Notes under the pieces: model-generated
What the model was told of the DNA's origin: nothing
What the model saw: only the letters and a program-made list of their open reading frames with translations
The model's database searches: none
Made by a program: the position numbers and the translations under genes
Shown here: positions 61,170 to 64,000 of the stretch, piece after piece
Layout: each line of letters opens with the position of its first letter
Numbering within the stretch: the first letter of the stretch is position 1
From: Balanoglossus misakiensis
Taxonomy: Eukaryota > Animalia > Hemichordata
NCBI GenBank assembly: GCA_040954595.2
Contig: CM082595.2
Location: 1,986,635-2,050,634, forward strand
Direction of reading: 5' to 3'
DNA: 64,000 nt

Positions 61170-63938
61170 TTAACACTTCGTATTCTTCAAATCCTGGACG
61201 AGATTTTCATGTCTTTGAAATTCTCTGTCAACTTCCTGTTCAACGATAGCTGCTTCTACTTTAGACAGATCTCCTTCCAGGTATCTCTTGCGCACTTCTT
61301 TCCGTCTGGCGCTGTGAACAACCCTGTGTGGGAAATCTTTCACTTCTTCGGAAGATTTCTCCGAGTCAGTATCGGAGTCAGCACCGACGTCGTCTTCTTC
61401 CCCGAATAAAGACGCATCGTCTAGGTCAAATCCAGCAATGGAAAGTTTCCCAGAATTTTCACGAACAGATCCATCATCAAATGCTTTTCCAGATTTCGCT
61501 CTGACATTCATGCTGTCCAATTCCTTGTCCGATTTAATGGAATCTTTCCCAGATATCCCACGAGTAGATCCACTGTCTGACGCTTTCCCAGATTTGATGG
61601 AATCCTTTCCCGACTTTGCACGAACAGAATCGCTCCTTGATGCTTTTCCAGACTGAACCGATTCCTTCCCAGAATCTCCACGAACAGACGCATTAGCTGA
61701 TGCTTTCCCAGATCGGGCGGAGATTTTCCCAGATTGCGCACGAACGGATGAATTGTCCTGACCAGATTTTCCACGAAGAGATGTACTACTCAGAGCCTTT
61801 CCAGACACGGCGGAGTTTCTCCCAGAAATTCCACGAACAGATGCTTTGTCAGGCGATGCTTTCCCAGACTGAATAGAGTTTCTCCCAGAATTTTGACGAG
61901 CAGATAAACTACCAGATTCTTTCTCAGACTTGATGGAATCCTTTCCCGAATTCGCACGGTCGGATTTACTCACTGATACTTTTCCAGACAAAATAGATTC
62001 CTTCCCAGAATTTCCCCGACCAGATGCTTTGTCGGGCGATGCTTTCCCAGACTGAATAGAGTCTCTCCCAGATTTTAAACGAACAGAATCACTACCCGGT
62101 GTTTTTCCAGACATGGTGGAGTCCCTTCCGGATTTTCCACGAGCCGGTTCATTCTCGGACGCTTTTCCAGATTGGACGGAGTCTCTCCCAGAATTTTGAC
62201 GAGCAGATAAATTGCCAGAAACTTTCTCAGACTTGATGGAATCCGTACCAGAATTCGCACGATCGGATTTACTCACTGATGCTTTCCCAGACAAAATAGA
62301 TTCCTTCCCAGAATTGCCACGAACGGGTGTTTTGTCAGGCGATGCTTTCCCAGACTGGGTGGAGTCTCTCCCAGATTTTAAACTGACGGATGAACTACCC
62401 GGTGCTTTTCCAGACATGGTGGAGTCCCTTCCGGATTTTCCACGATCAGATGCTTTCCCAGACTGGATAGAATCTCTCCCAGATTTTAAACTAACGGATG
62501 CACTTTCCGATGTTTTTCCAGACATGGTGGAGTCTCTCCCAGAATTTCCACGAGCTGATACACTTCCAGATGACCTTCCAGACTTGATGGACCCTTTCCC
62601 AGAGTTTCCACGAACGGATTTTCTCTCCGAAGCAGAAGCGTTTCCAGAATGAACTGAATCCTTCCCGGAATTTCCACGAACAGATTCTGTTCCCGATGCT
62701 TTCCCAGATCGGATGGACTCAGTCCCAGATTTCACGCGAACGGAAATGTTGTCCTTCGCAGATTCTCCACGAACGGACACATTGTCCAACGATTTCCCAG
62801 ACAGAGCAGAGTCTCGGCCCGCTTTCTCGTGAATAGATGCATCGTGTGATATTTTCCCCGACTGAACAGAGGTTTTCCCAGATATCCCACCAATAGATGC
62901 GTCATCCTTGTCAGAGATGGGACTCGCTGATTCTTTTCCATGCCCTGATCCAGTCTCAGATTCATTTCCAGATTCAGGGGGAACTTCGCCGGATTTTTGG
63001 CCAGATTCTTTATCCTTGGTCGTTTCCTTCTTTCCCGGGTCTTCCCCCGGTTCATATACAGACACCGACTCGCTCTCCAGTTCTCCCTCACTTCTACTTC
63101 CAGGATCGAGTCCAGAAGCAGACCTCTCCTTGGATTTCTTGTCAACAGGTGTGTACAGATCGTGGGGATCGACCAACTCTAAGAGATCCTTCACGTGATC
63201 GTTCATCTTTTTCTTTCTCAACACATCGGACAGTGCGTTCTCTTCGTCAACTTTGAGTTTTCCTCGCCGTTTCATCAAGACATCCCGTTCACAAGCCTCT
63301 TCCAGGGCCATTTTCCCATCCAGGAACCGCCTGATTGTTCGGTCGTGGTTTTGTTTTCTAGCGAGCGAGGCAAGACCTCTGGCTTTCAGCAACTCGTCAG
63401 ATTCCGCCGGCCAATCGAACTCGCCACTGTCGTCCGAATCTTCCCCTTGCAGCGGCTCATCTCGAAGACGTTTGTGTTCTTGCTTCAGTTTTGCGACCAG
63501 TTCTTCCAAGGACTCGGTTTTATCCGGGTCCCAATCACGGACAACCCTATCCTCTTCGGTCAGAGCTCTGACCCATCGCTTTTTCGTCGACTCGGCGGTC
63601 GATTTCGAGTCCTGCTTGTCGAGCCAGTGCAACTTGAAAAAGAAGTCCTTCAATTCCTGTCGCCGCAGTTTCTTCAAGAGAAATTCCTGTTCTGCCTTCA
63701 GCATATCCGTCATTTCATCGACATTGTCTTTAGAATATTGGATTTCCTCTTTGTATTTCCCAACCTCGCGTATTTTCATATCCAACATTTCGTCCGCTAG
63801 GATCTGGTCTTTCACGACCATCCAATCCGCTTTGAGGTGTGGGCTCCACCCTGGTTGTAAAATCTTCTCACTGCCGGCGCCCGGTTCGCTGACGTCAACT
63901 TTGGGGACTGACGGCGCAACAAGGAGAGTGTTTCCCAT
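61170..63938 (-). CDS. Unknown protein, >=922 aa: helical/charged N-region, ~20-aa SGK/SGR repeats and an acidic tail; frame stays open to the window edge
   Basis: Uninterrupted 2.77-kb ORF with a non-repetitive ~270-aa N-part. A possible acceptor tttctcag lies at ~63984, so this may be the last exon of a longer gene. Confidence 0.8.
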   Translation of the reverse strand: MGNTLLVAPSVPKVDVSEPGAGSEKILQPGWSPHLKADWMVVKDQILADEMLDMKIREVGKYKEEIQYSKDNVDEMTDMLKAEQEFLLKKLRRQELKDFFFKLHWLDKQDSKSTAESTKKRWVRALTEEDRVVRDWDPDKTESLEELVAKLKQEHKRLRDEPLQGEDSDDSGEFDWPAESDELLKARGLASLARKQNHDRTIRRFLDGKMALEEACERDVLMKRRGKLKVDEENALSDVLRKKKMNDHVKDLLELVDPHDLYTPVDKKSKERSASGLDPGSRSEGELESESVSVYEPGEDPGKKETTKDKESGQKSGEVPPESGNESETGSGHGKESASPISDKDDASIGGISGKTSVQSGKISHDASIHEKAGRDSALSGKSLDNVSVRGESAKDNISVRVKSGTESIRSGKASGTESVRGNSGKDSVHSGNASASERKSVRGNSGKGSIKSGRSSGSVSARGNSGRDSTMSGKTSESASVSLKSGRDSIQSGKASDRGKSGRDSTMSGKAPGSSSVSLKSGRDSTQSGKASPDKTPVRGNSGKESILSGKASVSKSDRANSGTDSIKSEKVSGNLSARQNSGRDSVQSGKASENEPARGKSGRDSTMSGKTPGSDSVRLKSGRDSIQSGKASPDKASGRGNSGKESILSGKVSVSKSDRANSGKDSIKSEKESGSLSARQNSGRNSIQSGKASPDKASVRGISGRNSAVSGKALSSTSLRGKSGQDNSSVRAQSGKISARSGKASANASVRGDSGKESVQSGKASRSDSVRAKSGKDSIKSGKASDSGSTRGISGKDSIKSDKELDSMNVRAKSGKAFDDGSVRENSGKLSIAGFDLDDASLFGEEDDVGADSDTDSEKSSEEVKDFPHRVVHSARRKEVRKRYLEGDLSKVEAAIVEQEVDREFQRHENLVQDLKNTKC

Positions 63939-64000
63939 CGTGGATAACGTATATACCTCTTGGATTCCAGAACCAGAAATACTCTGAGAAATGGTGACCT

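Noticed and set aside
61438-63987. Plus-strand ORFs with ESFPD/AFPD repeats
   Set aside because: They are antisense frames of the 922-aa SGK-repeat ORF.

Overview
AT-rich, intron-rich animal genomic DNA. It looks like a marine invertebrate deuterostome, but that is an inference from gene content and style. I read nine protein-coding genes by manual splicing: the 3' half of FoxJ2/3 (+), EMC1 (+), a ClC-1/2/K-family chloride channel (-), an ApoD-like lipocalin (+), TMEM26-like (-), TRAIP (-), a divergent BMP/GDF ligand (+), NOP2 (-) and LRRC47 (+). A tenth ORF, large, Ser/Gly/Lys-repeat and of unknown function (-), runs off the right edge. The strongest finding is in the CLC gene, which looks intact: the gating glutamate is Val (GKVGP, the vertebrate ClC-K signature) and the central Cl- site Tyr is Phe, suggesting a gate-less channel with an altered pore. 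Between the CLC and lipocalin genes is a ~10.5-kb island with three tandem arrays (48, 46/49 and 87/77 bp; two show higher-order repeats), two long hairpins and orphan exon-like pieces on both strands. Exon coordinates were read by eye and may be off by a few bases. No database searches were run.
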